A DNA stretch of 64,000 nt. It comes from a bacterium (lineage in GTDB: Bacteria > Zhuqueibacterota > Zhuqueibacteria > Residuimicrobiales > Krinioviventaceae). This document shows, piece by piece, positions 31,427-41,155 of this stretch. The translations under genes were made by a program, and so were the position numbers. The stretch is from the NCBI GenBank assembly GCA_963674595.2, contig CAXXFV010000003.1, positions 288,001 through 352,000 on the forward strand, in the 5' to 3' direction. Below the pieces are notes generated by a model. That model was not told the DNA's origin. It worked only from the letters and a program-made list of their open reading frames with translations, and made no database searches. Positions within the stretch are counted from its first letter, which is position 1; every line of letters starts with the position of its first letter.

Positions 31427-31452
31427 TGAAACACTTTTACAACTCATACGTA
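31427..31452 (+). promoter_or_regulatory. ECF sigma (SigW-like) promoter of the TonB receptor operon
   Basis: TGAAAC-N16-CGTA, 47 bp upstream of the ATG. Confidence 0.55.
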
Positions 31453-31499
31453 CTCATACAATTCGGTGAATAAATAAAAATATTATATAGAGGAGTTTT

Positions 31500-33836
31500 A
31501 TGAAAAATTTTATCAGGATTGTGCTGTTATTTCTTCCGCTATTTACCTTTACAAATGCCATGACAGCACCATTCGGCTCAATTAACGGATATGTTTATGA
31601 TAAAAGTGATGGCGAATGTTTAATCGGTGCTAATGTTTTCCTTCAGGGAACTAATATAGGTTCAGGCACAAATCTTAACGGTTACTTTTCAATACCGAAA
31701 ATCCCGGCCGGACAATATACGCTCGTTTGCCATTATATCGGATATAAAAAATATACATATGATCTGAAAATCACACCCAATTCAACATTAAAACTTGATA
31801 TTTTTTTAGATATGGAAGCAGTACAGGCCCAGGAAATTGTTGTAACAGCAGACTCTGTGCGAACAAGTAAAAAATTATTTAACAAATCTATTTCACAAAT
31901 CGACATTGGACCGAGACAAATCAAACAGGCGCCCCAGGTTGTTGAATCTGATCTTTTACGCTCTTTACAAACGCTGCCGGGGATTTTACCTATCTCAGAT
32001 TTTTCTTCGGAACTGTATGTCAGAGGCGGCACACCGGACCAAAACCTGTACTTAATCGATGGGGCAGATGTCTATAATCCGGAACATTTTTTCGGGCTTT
32101 TTTCAACATTTAATACGGATGCCATTAAAAACGTGGAAATTTCCAAGGGAGGATTCGGAGCGGAATATGGCGGCCGGCTTTCCTCCATCTTACACGTCAC
32201 CAATCTCGATGGAAATCGTGAAGAGTTTGAAGGAAACGCATCTGTTAGTTTTTTATCGGCAAGAACCACACTGCAAATGCCGATTGGTAAAAAAGGTTCC
32301 ATTTCCGGTTCTTTCCGCAGAACATATTTCGACCAGACCCTTGCCAAATTTATTGACGAAATTCCGGACTATTATTTTTATGACGGCCATGTAAAGGCAT
32401 TTTTTGAAATTGATCCCAATAATAAATTGACAATCAGTACCTATATCGGCAGAGATGATCTGGATTTTAAATTTGATTCCGATTCGGATAATTCCGAAAC
32501 CATGGATTATGACTGGGGCAACTCGACGGCCAGCGTCCGCTGGACTCATATTTTTTCACCCCGTTTATTCAGCAACTTTTGGGTAACAGGCAGCGCCTTT
32601 CGTTCTGATTTTGGTTTTGAACTGGCCAGCGAAAAAAATGAGATCAACGATATTACGTTCAAAAGCGACCTGGAGTTTTATGCTACAAATGAATTGAGCA
32701 CTAAATTCGGAATAGAATATAAACATCTGGATGGTTTCCTTAAACAAGAGTTTCCAGGCGGTCTTGTGGATGTTTCCAGCCAGGCAAAACACATTGCCGG
32801 GTATATGCAGACCAACTGGCGTCCCAATCCATTATGGGATATTAATGCGGGACTGCGATTAAATATCTTTTCAGCGGCAAAAACATATTATAATCTGGCC
32901 CCTCGAATATCGGCCAAGTATAGGCTCTCCGAAACCATGAATTTAAAAGCAGCTTTTGGAACCTATAATCAATACCTGTTTAAAATCCCGAGAACTTTTA
33001 TTGTGGATATATGGACAACGGCCGACGAGTATTACAAAGGCGCAAAAGCAAATCATTATATCCTCGGATTTCAAAAAGAAATTGCTAAAAACATAGAATT
33101 TGAGGTAGAGACATACTATAAAGATTATAAAAATATTTACAGCTATGATTACTTTTTTTATGCTGATCTGGAACCAACAAAATTTACCGATGCCGGCGAA
33201 CCGGTGTATGGAACGACAAAAGGTATTTTTGATACAGGTATGGGGCATTCCTATGGACTTGAATTTCTGCTCCGCAAAGACATTGGTTGCGTAACCGGCT
33301 GGATGTCCTATTCATTGGGAAAAACAAAATACAAACTGGAAGACGTTAATAATAACCGGTATTTCCCGCCGCGTCACGACAGAGCGTCTACAATAAACCT
33401 GGTTGGTAATATCGATATTAAAAACAGCATTCGAAAATTAAAAGGCAAAGCTGTTAAAAACGATAAATCAAAATGGCGTTTAGGAATTGGGTTTGTTTAT
33501 GCATCCGGCCAACCGCTGACAACCACAAGTTCTCTTTATGTCACCGCTCCTTTGCCGGACCAGCTTTACGACGATGGTTTGAATTTATATCCGACAACTC
33601 GAAACAACTTTCGTCTTCCGGCCTATATGCGGCTTGATCTGAGTTTAACCTATGAAAAGAAATATACGAATTGGACATTGGCACCCTATTTACAGGTATT
33701 TAATGCCGGAAATCGAAAAAACGTCTGGTATATAACTTATGACCGCGAAATCAAAGATGACATGTTGTACCAGGAAATTGAAACGGTCAATATGTTTCCC
33801 ATTTTACCGACTCTTGGCGTCAATATTAATTTTTAA
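31500..33836 (+). CDS. TonB-dependent receptor with N-terminal carboxypeptidase-regulatory-like domain
   Basis: Signal peptide, LIGANV, plug motif LYVRGG.PDQNL, YGGRLSS, RLPAYMRLD, C-terminal Phe. Confidence 0.9.
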   Translation: MKNFIRIVLLFLPLFTFTNAMTAPFGSINGYVYDKSDGECLIGANVFLQGTNIGSGTNLNGYFSIPKIPAGQYTLVCHYIGYKKYTYDLKITPNSTLKLDIFLDMEAVQAQEIVVTADSVRTSKKLFNKSISQIDIGPRQIKQAPQVVESDLLRSLQTLPGILPISDFSSELYVRGGTPDQNLYLIDGADVYNPEHFFGLFSTFNTDAIKNVEISKGGFGAEYGGRLSSILHVTNLDGNREEFEGNASVSFLSARTTLQMPIGKKGSISGSFRRTYFDQTLAKFIDEIPDYYFYDGHVKAFFEIDPNNKLTISTYIGRDDLDFKFDSDSDNSETMDYDWGNSTASVRWTHIFSPRLFSNFWVTGSAFRSDFGFELASEKNEINDITFKSDLEFYATNELSTKFGIEYKHLDGFLKQEFPGGLVDVSSQAKHIAGYMQTNWRPNPLWDINAGLRLNIFSAAKTYYNLAPRISAKYRLSETMNLKAAFGTYNQYLFKIPRTFIVDIWTTADEYYKGAKANHYILGFQKEIAKNIEFEVETYYKDYKNIYSYDYFFYADLEPTKFTDAGEPVYGTTKGIFDTGMGHSYGLEFLLRKDIGCVTGWMSYSLGKTKYKLEDVNNNRYFPPRHDRASTINLVGNIDIKNSIRKLKGKAVKNDKSKWRLGIGFVYASGQPLTTTSSLYVTAPLPDQLYDDGLNLYPTTRNNFRLPAYMRLDLSLTYEKKYTNWTLAPYLQVFNAGNRKNVWYITYDREIKDDMLYQEIETVNMFPILPTLGVNINF

Positions 33837-33847
33837 CGGAGAATACA

Positions 33848-34750
33848 GTGAATATATATAAAAAATTATCAACCATAATAATAGCACTGCTTTTTATTTC
33901 ATGCGGTGAAGCTGTTGTTAATGTTGATCAAAAAGATTACGAACCAAAAATCGTGATTGATGGATATATTTATCCGCATAAAAAAATTGAAAATATTCGG
34001 CTATCCCGAAATTTTCCTCTTAACACGAAAATCAATATCAGTGATTTTCCATTGTCTCAGGCAGAGGTTTCACTAACAGATTTAGAGTCCGATAAGACCA
34101 TAGAATTAACTTATAATCCGTTTAAAATCTCTTTTGAATATAACGGGTCAGATTTTAATATAGATTATGAAAAAAGTTATCGGTTGGATATTACCGCAGA
34201 GATTGAAGGACAAACCTTATCCGCAAGTTCAACAACAACCACTCCGGTAGAAGGTTTTAAAATCAATTTGGAAGGGTCTCATCTGGATTCTATGAAATAC
34301 CGGGAAACAGATACACAGGGTAATGTTAAAACATTCGACATTCAATTTCTGCAAAGCGAATCGACAGATTTTTATGTGTTATCAATTATCGCACTCGATG
34401 CTCATGAATCGACATTTGTAGAGGATAATCCCTATGGTCTGGAAAAGGACGACCTTGATGATGAATTAATGGATCTGCTAAAATATGAAAGCCGCTGGGT
34501 TCAGACATCAGCAGAGGGACAAGCAGCAGCAAATATAGAAATTCCCTGGCTGGACACATGGTTTTACGGTGATTACAGGGCCATTTTATATGCGGGCGAT
34601 GAAAATTTTGAAATGTATTACATAACACATGACGCCGTGCAGGATATTGACGGAAACCTGTATGAACCGAAATTTAATATATCTGGGGACGGCATTGGTG
34701 TTTTCGGTTCCGCTATTACCGACACAGTCTATTTCAAAATTTTAAAATAA
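33848..34750 (+). CDS. DUF4249-like lipoprotein
   Basis: FISC lipobox, KIVIDGYI, C-terminal NISGDGIGVFGS; follows the TonB receptor. Confidence 0.75.
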   Translation: MNIYKKLSTIIIALLFISCGEAVVNVDQKDYEPKIVIDGYIYPHKKIENIRLSRNFPLNTKINISDFPLSQAEVSLTDLESDKTIELTYNPFKISFEYNGSDFNIDYEKSYRLDITAEIEGQTLSASSTTTTPVEGFKINLEGSHLDSMKYRETDTQGNVKTFDIQFLQSESTDFYVLSIIALDAHESTFVEDNPYGLEKDDLDDELMDLLKYESRWVQTSAEGQAAANIEIPWLDTWFYGDYRAILYAGDENFEMYYITHDAVQDIDGNLYEPKFNISGDGIGVFGSAITDTVYFKILK

Positions 34751-34756
34751 ATAATA

Positions 34757-34780
34757 AAGCCCCGAAAAATTTCGGGGCTT
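34757..34780. terminator. Bidirectional intrinsic terminator
   Basis: aagccccgaaa/tttcggggctt between convergent units. Confidence 0.8.
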
Positions 34781-34984
34781 ATAATCTAGGGAGTCCAAAA
34801 GACCTGGTGCTAGCAGGTCCATTCGGAGGCTCCTATCAGACTTTTATTTCTAATAGTATCACCTCCTTCAAACAGGGAACAGAGTTTCGCGCCAACAGCA
34901 TCCCTTGTTAAACTGCCAACGCAGCCGGGATTTAATATTTTAACATCTTTACTATTTAGAATGTTCCCGTATTTCCATTTTAAT

Positions 34985-35611
34985 TTAATTTTTTTTCGTA
35001 TCGCTGAAATCAACTTTTGGCGCTTTTTGGGCCTCTGCATCAGCCTCAAAATAGGGCCGTTGTTGAAAGCCAAACATACCGGCAATCATAACAGAGGGAA
35101 AGGTCCGTAATTTTTTATTATAAGCCTGAACAGACTCGTTAAACCGTCGTCTTTCCACTGCAATTCTGTTTTCCGTTCCGGCGAGTTCATCCTGCAATCT
35201 TATAAAATTCTCGTTTGCTTTTAATTCCGGATAACGTTCAACAACAACCATCAATCGGCCCAAAGCGGCAGACAAACCGTTCTGCGCATTCATAAATTTT
35301 GACAATTGCTGCGGATCATTCATCAGGTCCTGTGCATTCACCTGCATACGCGTTGCATTGGCACGTGCCTGAATAACACCTTCCAATGTTTCGCGTTCGT
35401 GAGAGGCATAACCCTTGACGGTTTCAACAAGGTTTGGAATAAGGTCCATTCGTCTTTGCAGCACATTCTGGACCTGGGCCCAGCTTGTATTTACGTTTTC
35501 ATCCAGGTTAACGAGATTATTGTATGTGTTTTTAAAAAAACTAAAACCTATAATAGCGATAACAACCAGTACTAAAATGATGCCAAGTGTAATTTTTAAT
35601 CCTTTTGACAT
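34985..35611 (-). CDS. lemA: LemA family protein
   Basis: YNNLV, QRRMDLIPNLVETVKGY, ERYPELKAN, ENRIAVERRRFN. Confidence 0.95.
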   Translation of the reverse strand: MSKGLKITLGIILVLVVIAIIGFSFFKNTYNNLVNLDENVNTSWAQVQNVLQRRMDLIPNLVETVKGYASHERETLEGVIQARANATRMQVNAQDLMNDPQQLSKFMNAQNGLSAALGRLMVVVERYPELKANENFIRLQDELAGTENRIAVERRRFNESVQAYNKKLRTFPSVMIAGMFGFQQRPYFEADAEAQKAPKVDFSDTKKN

Positions 35612-35646
35612 ATAATCCTCCTAAATAAATAGGTTATAAAATGGCC

Positions 35647-36372
35647 TTACCATTGATCAATTATTGCTGCTAATTTTCTTATTTCCTGAATATAGTCTTC
35701 GGTTAATTGTAATAGTTTTTCCTCCGGTAATTTTAAAGTTTTTTCGCGTATGGCGAGTATTTTCTCAAAAATCAAACGATCCAGTTCAAAAGCCTTACAT
35801 GTTTCAGCAAAAATATTATGTTTGTTTTTTGGTGGTTCAATTCCTTTTAAAAATAACATTGCTGTAAACAATGAAATAAAAGACGGAATTGTCCGACCCA
35901 GCAAGGCTTCCAGGTTTTTCTTTTGACCTAACGTTAATAAAAATTCACTCCGCAAATGTAGTAAATTCCCTTTTATACGGGCTTCACATTGTAACCGAAG
36001 GTCTTTGGGATCAATTTCTATCTCGTCCAGATAATCATGTCCGGAGATATGTTTATGCTGTTGTTTCATACTCAAAAATTCAATAGGAAAACTATCTAAA
36101 GAAGATTGGATATAACTTTCGGTAACGAATAATGGCACAGCAACATTTCGTTTTTTCCAGTTTTTAACAAAATCAAACGACTTGGCCAAATCCTGAATAC
36201 CATGCTCAGTTAAAACAACAAGAAAGTTTATGTCCGATTTTTTATAAACATATTCACCAATTGCACCACTGCCATACATGGCGATGGACAACAGGTCTTT
36301 GCCATAAATTTGTGTCAATTCACTCGTAAATTCACCTACAATATCAAGGGGCGATTCAGGTATTTTCGCCAT
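35647..36372 (-). CDS. Nucleotidyltransferase-fold protein
   Basis: MYGSGA..EY...SDINFLVV (GS...DxN), D.FPIEF; GGAGG RBS before ATG at 36372. Confidence 0.7.
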   Translation of the reverse strand: MAKIPESPLDIVGEFTSELTQIYGKDLLSIAMYGSGAIGEYVYKKSDINFLVVLTEHGIQDLAKSFDFVKNWKKRNVAVPLFVTESYIQSSLDSFPIEFLSMKQQHKHISGHDYLDEIEIDPKDLRLQCEARIKGNLLHLRSEFLLTLGQKKNLEALLGRTIPSFISLFTAMLFLKGIEPPKNKHNIFAETCKAFELDRLIFEKILAIREKTLKLPEEKLLQLTEDYIQEIRKLAAIIDQW

Positions 36373-36403
36373 AATAACCTCCAAAATCTATATTAATAAA
36401 TAT

Positions 36404-37177
36404 TTAATAACCACCGCTGGCGCCGCCGCCGCCGCTCATACCGCCGCCGAAACCACCGCCAAAGCCGCCGCCGCCAAAACCACCGCCAAAACTACCGCCG
36501 CCGAATCCACCGCCGCGGCCGCCGCCAAGAAATGATCCCAATAATATCATGGGAAGAACGCCTCCACGACGCATTAAAGCGAAAAAGATAATTAATCCGA
36601 GAATGGTACAGATTGGAGACGATTTTGATTTTGCCGATTTTTGTGACGGTTGAGCGCGAAGAGGAACAGAGCTGAATGTAACATTATATTCCTTACCAAT
36701 AATATTGGCAAAAGCCATGGTTCCGGCCAAAAAACCCTGACCATAATCATTCTGTTTCAAATAGCGTAAAATATATTCCCTCAAAACATCGCCGGCTTTT
36801 GCATCATTAATAATTCCTTCAAGACCATAGCCTACTTCAATTCTTACACGTCTTATATCCGTCACATTAAAAATTAAAAGACCATTATCTTTCCCTTTTT
36901 GGCCGATGCCCCAGTTTTCAAACAACCGGTTGGCATAACTGTCCACATCGTCGTCACCGATCGTGGGCATGGTGCAAACGACAATCGCTACACCGGTTTT
37001 TTTGAATACATCTGTTGCAAGGGCTGTAATGTCCCGTTCATATTGCGCCGGGATGACATTTGCAAAATCATTTACAGCGCCTACAGGTTTGGGAAAAGGG
37101 ACCTCTGCATAAGATATTGTGCAAATAAACAAAAAAACTGTAATACTTTTTAAAAACTTGTTCATTCGTTCTTCCAT
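36404..37177 (-). CDS. TPM-domain (YgcG-like) membrane protein with Gly-rich tail
   Basis: VNDFANVI, WGIGQKGKDNG, RIEVGYGLEG, GGGFGGG repeats; start may be 37165. Confidence 0.9.
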   Translation of the reverse strand: MEERMNKFLKSITVFLFICTISYAEVPFPKPVGAVNDFANVIPAQYERDITALATDVFKKTGVAIVVCTMPTIGDDDVDSYANRLFENWGIGQKGKDNGLLIFNVTDIRRVRIEVGYGLEGIINDAKAGDVLREYILRYLKQNDYGQGFLAGTMAFANIIGKEYNVTFSSVPLRAQPSQKSAKSKSSPICTILGLIIFFALMRRGGVLPMILLGSFLGGGRGGGFGGGSFGGGFGGGGFGGGFGGGMSGGGGASGGY

Positions 37178-37258
37178 ATTTATTCAACCAACATAACTAT
37201 TATTACAAGGTAATAAATTCCATTGCATATTAAAACGTTAAAATCGCTCAGTTGTTTC

Positions 37259-37672
37259 TTAAATTATTTTAACTGATTTTTGAAAAGATTCCGGAATGCG
37301 ACAAGGCTTTCCGGTTTTGTAATTAAATCCTGCCAACACAGTATATCCGGTAGCGGTAAGCTGATCTGTTGTCTTGTTTCTCATCTCATAAACAACCTTG
37401 AACCGGGTCCGGGATATAATTTCAATATGTAACGCGATAACCAAACGATCTGCCAGAAACACCTGGCTTTTATATTCAATATGGGCCTCAACCTGAGTGA
37501 GGGAGACGCCTTCACCAATGTCCATTTCTGAAAGTCCGATTGAATCAAGGAACCGTACACGCGCTTCGTGAAAGTATAATAAAAATTTATCATTTGCCAA
37601 ATGAGCGCCATAGTTTAAATCGCCAACACGGACGGCCATCTCTGTTTCATATAAAAATTTATTATGTGTCAT
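37259..37672 (-). CDS. 4HBT-family (hotdog) thioesterase
   Basis: VRVGDLNYGAHLAN...HEAR. Confidence 0.8.
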   Translation of the reverse strand: MTHNKFLYETEMAVRVGDLNYGAHLANDKFLLYFHEARVRFLDSIGLSEMDIGEGVSLTQVEAHIEYKSQVFLADRLVIALHIEIISRTRFKVVYEMRNKTTDQLTATGYTVLAGFNYKTGKPCRIPESFQKSVKII

Positions 37673-37825
37673 TTATATCTCCAACATTTTAATTATCAAT
37701 GTAGCTATGAAGTTCCAGAGAAGCAATAACAATTTTTTGTTGGCTTTTTTAAACATTTTTCTCATATTTAAATAATAATAAATGCAAAAATTCAAATCAA
37801 AATTCCCCCGAAAAGAGGATATTCT

Positions 37826-38911
37826 ATGAAAACCAAAACCTATCCAATTCAGGTTCTCCATGAATTTTGTTCCAACGTATTTCAACATTTTGGTGTTCCA
37901 ACACAAGACGCCAACCTGGCAGCAGATGTACTGGCAGCTTCCGATCTGAGGGGCATTACCTCACACGGCGTTGCGCGGCTGCATACTTATTTTGACATGC
38001 TTTCGCTGGGACGTATTAATCCCAAACCGGAAATTAAAATAGTACGAGAAACACCGAGCACAGCCACCATAGACGGCGATAATGGCTTGGGCCTGGTTGT
38101 CGGTCCCAAATCAAATCAAATTGCTATGGAAAAGGCCGAAAAGGTCGGTACGGGCTGGGTGAGCGTATGCAATACAAATCATTTTGGAATTGCCGGATAT
38201 TATGTTCTAAGAGCGCTGGAAAAAGATTTGATAGGATGGTCCATGACAAATACGACCAAGCTCGTTGCGCCGTTATGGGGCGGTGAAAGAAGATTGGGCA
38301 CAAACCCTATTTCAATCGCTTTTCCGGGTAAAGAAGAACCACCGATTGTTATTGATATGGCGACCTGCGCAGCCGCATACGGTAAAATTGAAATGGCAAG
38401 GCGTCAGGGCGATCAAATCCCGACGGGCTGGGCAATCGACGCCGAGGGGAATATGACCCAGGACCCGAATAAAATGATCCAGGGCGGCGCACTTTCACCA
38501 CTGGGTTCTGAACGGGAACGCGGTGGGCACAAGGGTTATTGTCTGGCTATGATGGTGGATGTTTTATGTGCTGTTCTCAGCGGCGCCAACTGGGGCCCGT
38601 TTACTCCGCCTTTTGCCTTGCGCCAGGAAATTCCGGAACGAAGTGTGGGTAAAGGTATCGGACACTTTTTCGGAGCCATGCAAATTGAGGGATTTGTTGA
38701 TGTGGATGAATTTAAGAAACAAATTGATGATTATATACGTACATTACGGACAACAAAACCTGCTCCCGGCACTAACGGACCACTCATCCCCGGTGATCCG
38801 GAAAGAGAAGCAGAAGAAATCCGTTCAAAAGAAGGTATTCCGCTTATCAGGCCGGTTATTGAAGAATTATTGGATATTTCACAAAAAACCGGTATTGCAT
38901 TTGAAGGTTAA
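37826..38911 (+). CDS. Ldh_2 (AllD/ComC/YiaK-type) 2-hydroxyacid dehydrogenase
   Basis: DLRGITSHG, NHFG, GTNPI, DMAT, GHKGY, PGDPE. Confidence 0.9.
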   Translation: MKTKTYPIQVLHEFCSNVFQHFGVPTQDANLAADVLAASDLRGITSHGVARLHTYFDMLSLGRINPKPEIKIVRETPSTATIDGDNGLGLVVGPKSNQIAMEKAEKVGTGWVSVCNTNHFGIAGYYVLRALEKDLIGWSMTNTTKLVAPLWGGERRLGTNPISIAFPGKEEPPIVIDMATCAAAYGKIEMARRQGDQIPTGWAIDAEGNMTQDPNKMIQGGALSPLGSERERGGHKGYCLAMMVDVLCAVLSGANWGPFTPPFALRQEIPERSVGKGIGHFFGAMQIEGFVDVDEFKKQIDDYIRTLRTTKPAPGTNGPLIPGDPEREAEEIRSKEGIPLIRPVIEELLDISQKTGIAFEG

Positions 38912-38916
38912 TTTAT

Positions 38917-38945
38917 AAAACGGGATTTTCAAATCCCGTTTTTTT
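38917..38945 (+). terminator. Intrinsic terminator
   Basis: aaaacgggattt/aaatcccgttttttt. Confidence 0.8.
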
Positions 38946-38996
38946 AAACAATTCACTCGAAAATTGATTTGTTTAATTTTTAAACGGAGTCATATC

Positions 38997-40082
38997 ATGG
39001 ACAAAACAACCTCAGATACCATCATTAGAAACAGCCGGTTTATAATGGCGTTATTGGCAATTATTTGTGTTATTGCCATCGGGGCTGTACTGTCACAAGT
39101 TCGCTCTGTTATACTCCCTTTGGCATTGGCAGTATTCCTAAGTTTTCTCATTAATCCGCTTATTACTATCTTTGAAAAACTAAAAATTCCATCCTGGCTT
39201 GCAACGATATTGGCTGTTGTTTCCACCCTGTTGATATTGTTCATTTTGGTCGTATTTATTACCAACAGCATCCAGTCATTTACCGATGAATTCCCAAAAT
39301 ATCAGGAACGAGTCAACAAACGTGGTGAATCACTGTTAAAACTGTTAAACGTACGACCTGATTATTTTACAATGACAGAAGAATGGAAAGATAATCCTCA
39401 AATTTCTGCACTGCTGGACAGATTTTCTGTTACCGGTATTATCATGACAATCCTCGGTTCCTTTAGTACATTGCTGTCAAACATTGTTATGGTCCTTTTA
39501 TTTCTGCTCTTTATTTTGCTGGGCAGAAATCAACTTGCCCCCAAATTGCTGAATGCTTTTAATTCAGAAACCTCAACCAAAATGTCTGAAATAATAGTCA
39601 ATATAAAACATCAAATTCAAAAGTACATCCTGACCAAAACATTGATCAGCCTGTTGACTGCGGGAGTGGCAATGATCATATTGTCTTTATTCGGCATTCC
39701 CTTTGTCCTGATCTGGGGTTTCCTGACATTTTTATTAAATTTTATTCCTAATATAGGTTCCATAATAGCGACATTATTACCGTTGACCATTGCCATTATC
39801 CAGTTTGACAATTTAATAATGCTGTTATGGCTGGGACTGAGTTTGGCTGCGGTTCAGGTTGTTGTGGGCAATTTTCTGGATCCGAAACTTGTCGGAAAAA
39901 GTGTTAATCTAAGCCCGGTTGTGGTTTTGTTTTCATTGATTTTTTGGGGATATTTATGGGGTATCATCGGTATGTTTTTATCTGTCCCTATTTCAGTAAT
40001 TATAAAAATTATTTTTGAAAACATACCCGAACTGCGTTTTATCAGTGTATTAATGAGCGGGTATGTTGAAGAGAGCCGATGA
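38997..40082 (+). CDS. AI-2E family transporter
   Basis: LLNFIPNIGS, P..VG..VNLSP, WGIIGMFLSVP. Confidence 0.9.
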   Translation: MDKTTSDTIIRNSRFIMALLAIICVIAIGAVLSQVRSVILPLALAVFLSFLINPLITIFEKLKIPSWLATILAVVSTLLILFILVVFITNSIQSFTDEFPKYQERVNKRGESLLKLLNVRPDYFTMTEEWKDNPQISALLDRFSVTGIIMTILGSFSTLLSNIVMVLLFLLFILLGRNQLAPKLLNAFNSETSTKMSEIIVNIKHQIQKYILTKTLISLLTAGVAMIILSLFGIPFVLIWGFLTFLLNFIPNIGSIIATLLPLTIAIIQFDNLIMLLWLGLSLAAVQVVVGNFLDPKLVGKSVNLSPVVVLFSLIFWGYLWGIIGMFLSVPISVIIKIIFENIPELRFISVLMSGYVEESR

Positions 40083-41146
40083 AAAAAATATTCAATAGTT
40101 TAAAAAAAGCTGTAAAAAACAGCGGCATACCTGATTTTATTAAAAAATATAAACAGGATTTAAAGGACATTTACCAATTTTATCTGGACAAACAAGCCAG
40201 AGAAAAACTGGCGTCCATGAATCCTTTTAAAAGATTTTTTCTGATTGTATGGTGGCTATTAAAAAGCCTGTTTTTAAAACTGTCTCCAATACGCCGGATT
40301 ATTTTTATCCTGGCCGTATTTTTTCACCAGTCAACTCAAAACAACCAATCCAATTCATCACTCGGATTTTTATTAATTTTATCCATATTAATGCTGGAAT
40401 TAAAAGACAAGCTGTTAGCCAAAGATGAACTGAAAGCGGGGCGCGCTGTTCAAAAGAGTCTTATGCCGGAACCTTCACCGCAATTTCATGATTGGGACAT
40501 TTGGCTGTTCACACGTCCGGCCAATGATGTGGGCGGTGATCTTGTCGATTATATTCGCATAAATGAAAATAAAATGGGGCTCACTTTGGCGGATGTTTCC
40601 GGGAAAGGATTGCCGGCGGCGCTTTTTATGTCCAAAATACAATCTACGTTGCGGGCCCTTATCCCGCATTGCACATCTTTACCGGATTTGGCACAGCAAA
40701 TGAACAAAATATTTTGCCGAGATTGTGTGCCGCAATATTTTGCCACACTCGTTTACCTGGAAATAGACAGGTCACCTCAAATCCGTTATTTTAACGCCGG
40801 GCACCTGCCCCCTCTTATTTTAAAAGACAGGAAAACAGAACAAGTAAAAGAACGTGACCCGGCACTAGGGTTGGCCGAACATATTGAATACCATGAACAC
40901 AGCTTTGATCTTTTACCGGGCGAAACGCTGTTTATTTATTCAGACGGCATCACCGATGCTATGGATGTATCAAAAAACTTTTTTACCGAAGAACGCTTTA
41001 AAGAAATGCTGCCGAATTTGGAAGACAAACCGTCAAAAGAAATGGGCAAAGAGATCATCCGCCAAATCGACAACTTTAGCAAAAACCAACCTCAAACCGA
41101 TGATATGTCGCTAATGATCATTAAACGTCCTGCCATAAAAAAATAA
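40079..41146 (+). CDS. PP2C/SpoIIE-family (RsbU-like) phosphatase with N-terminal membrane segment
   Basis: VGGD, ADVSGKG, NAGH, YSDGITD, DDMS. Confidence 0.9.
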   Translation: MKKIFNSLKKAVKNSGIPDFIKKYKQDLKDIYQFYLDKQAREKLASMNPFKRFFLIVWWLLKSLFLKLSPIRRIIFILAVFFHQSTQNNQSNSSLGFLLILSILMLELKDKLLAKDELKAGRAVQKSLMPEPSPQFHDWDIWLFTRPANDVGGDLVDYIRINENKMGLTLADVSGKGLPAALFMSKIQSTLRALIPHCTSLPDLAQQMNKIFCRDCVPQYFATLVYLEIDRSPQIRYFNAGHLPPLILKDRKTEQVKERDPALGLAEHIEYHEHSFDLLPGETLFIYSDGITDAMDVSKNFFTEERFKEMLPNLEDKPSKEMGKEIIRQIDNFSKNQPQTDDMSLMIIKRPAIKK

Positions 41147-41155
41147 TCAAAAACA

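Noticed and set aside
34810-35085. 91-aa minus-strand ORF overlapping the lemA end
   Set aside because: Overlaps lemA out of frame and has no RBS or motif; the region is better explained as structured RNA.
36410-36530. GC-rich ccgccg microrepeats
   Set aside because: They encode the ordinary GGGFGG tail of the TPM protein.
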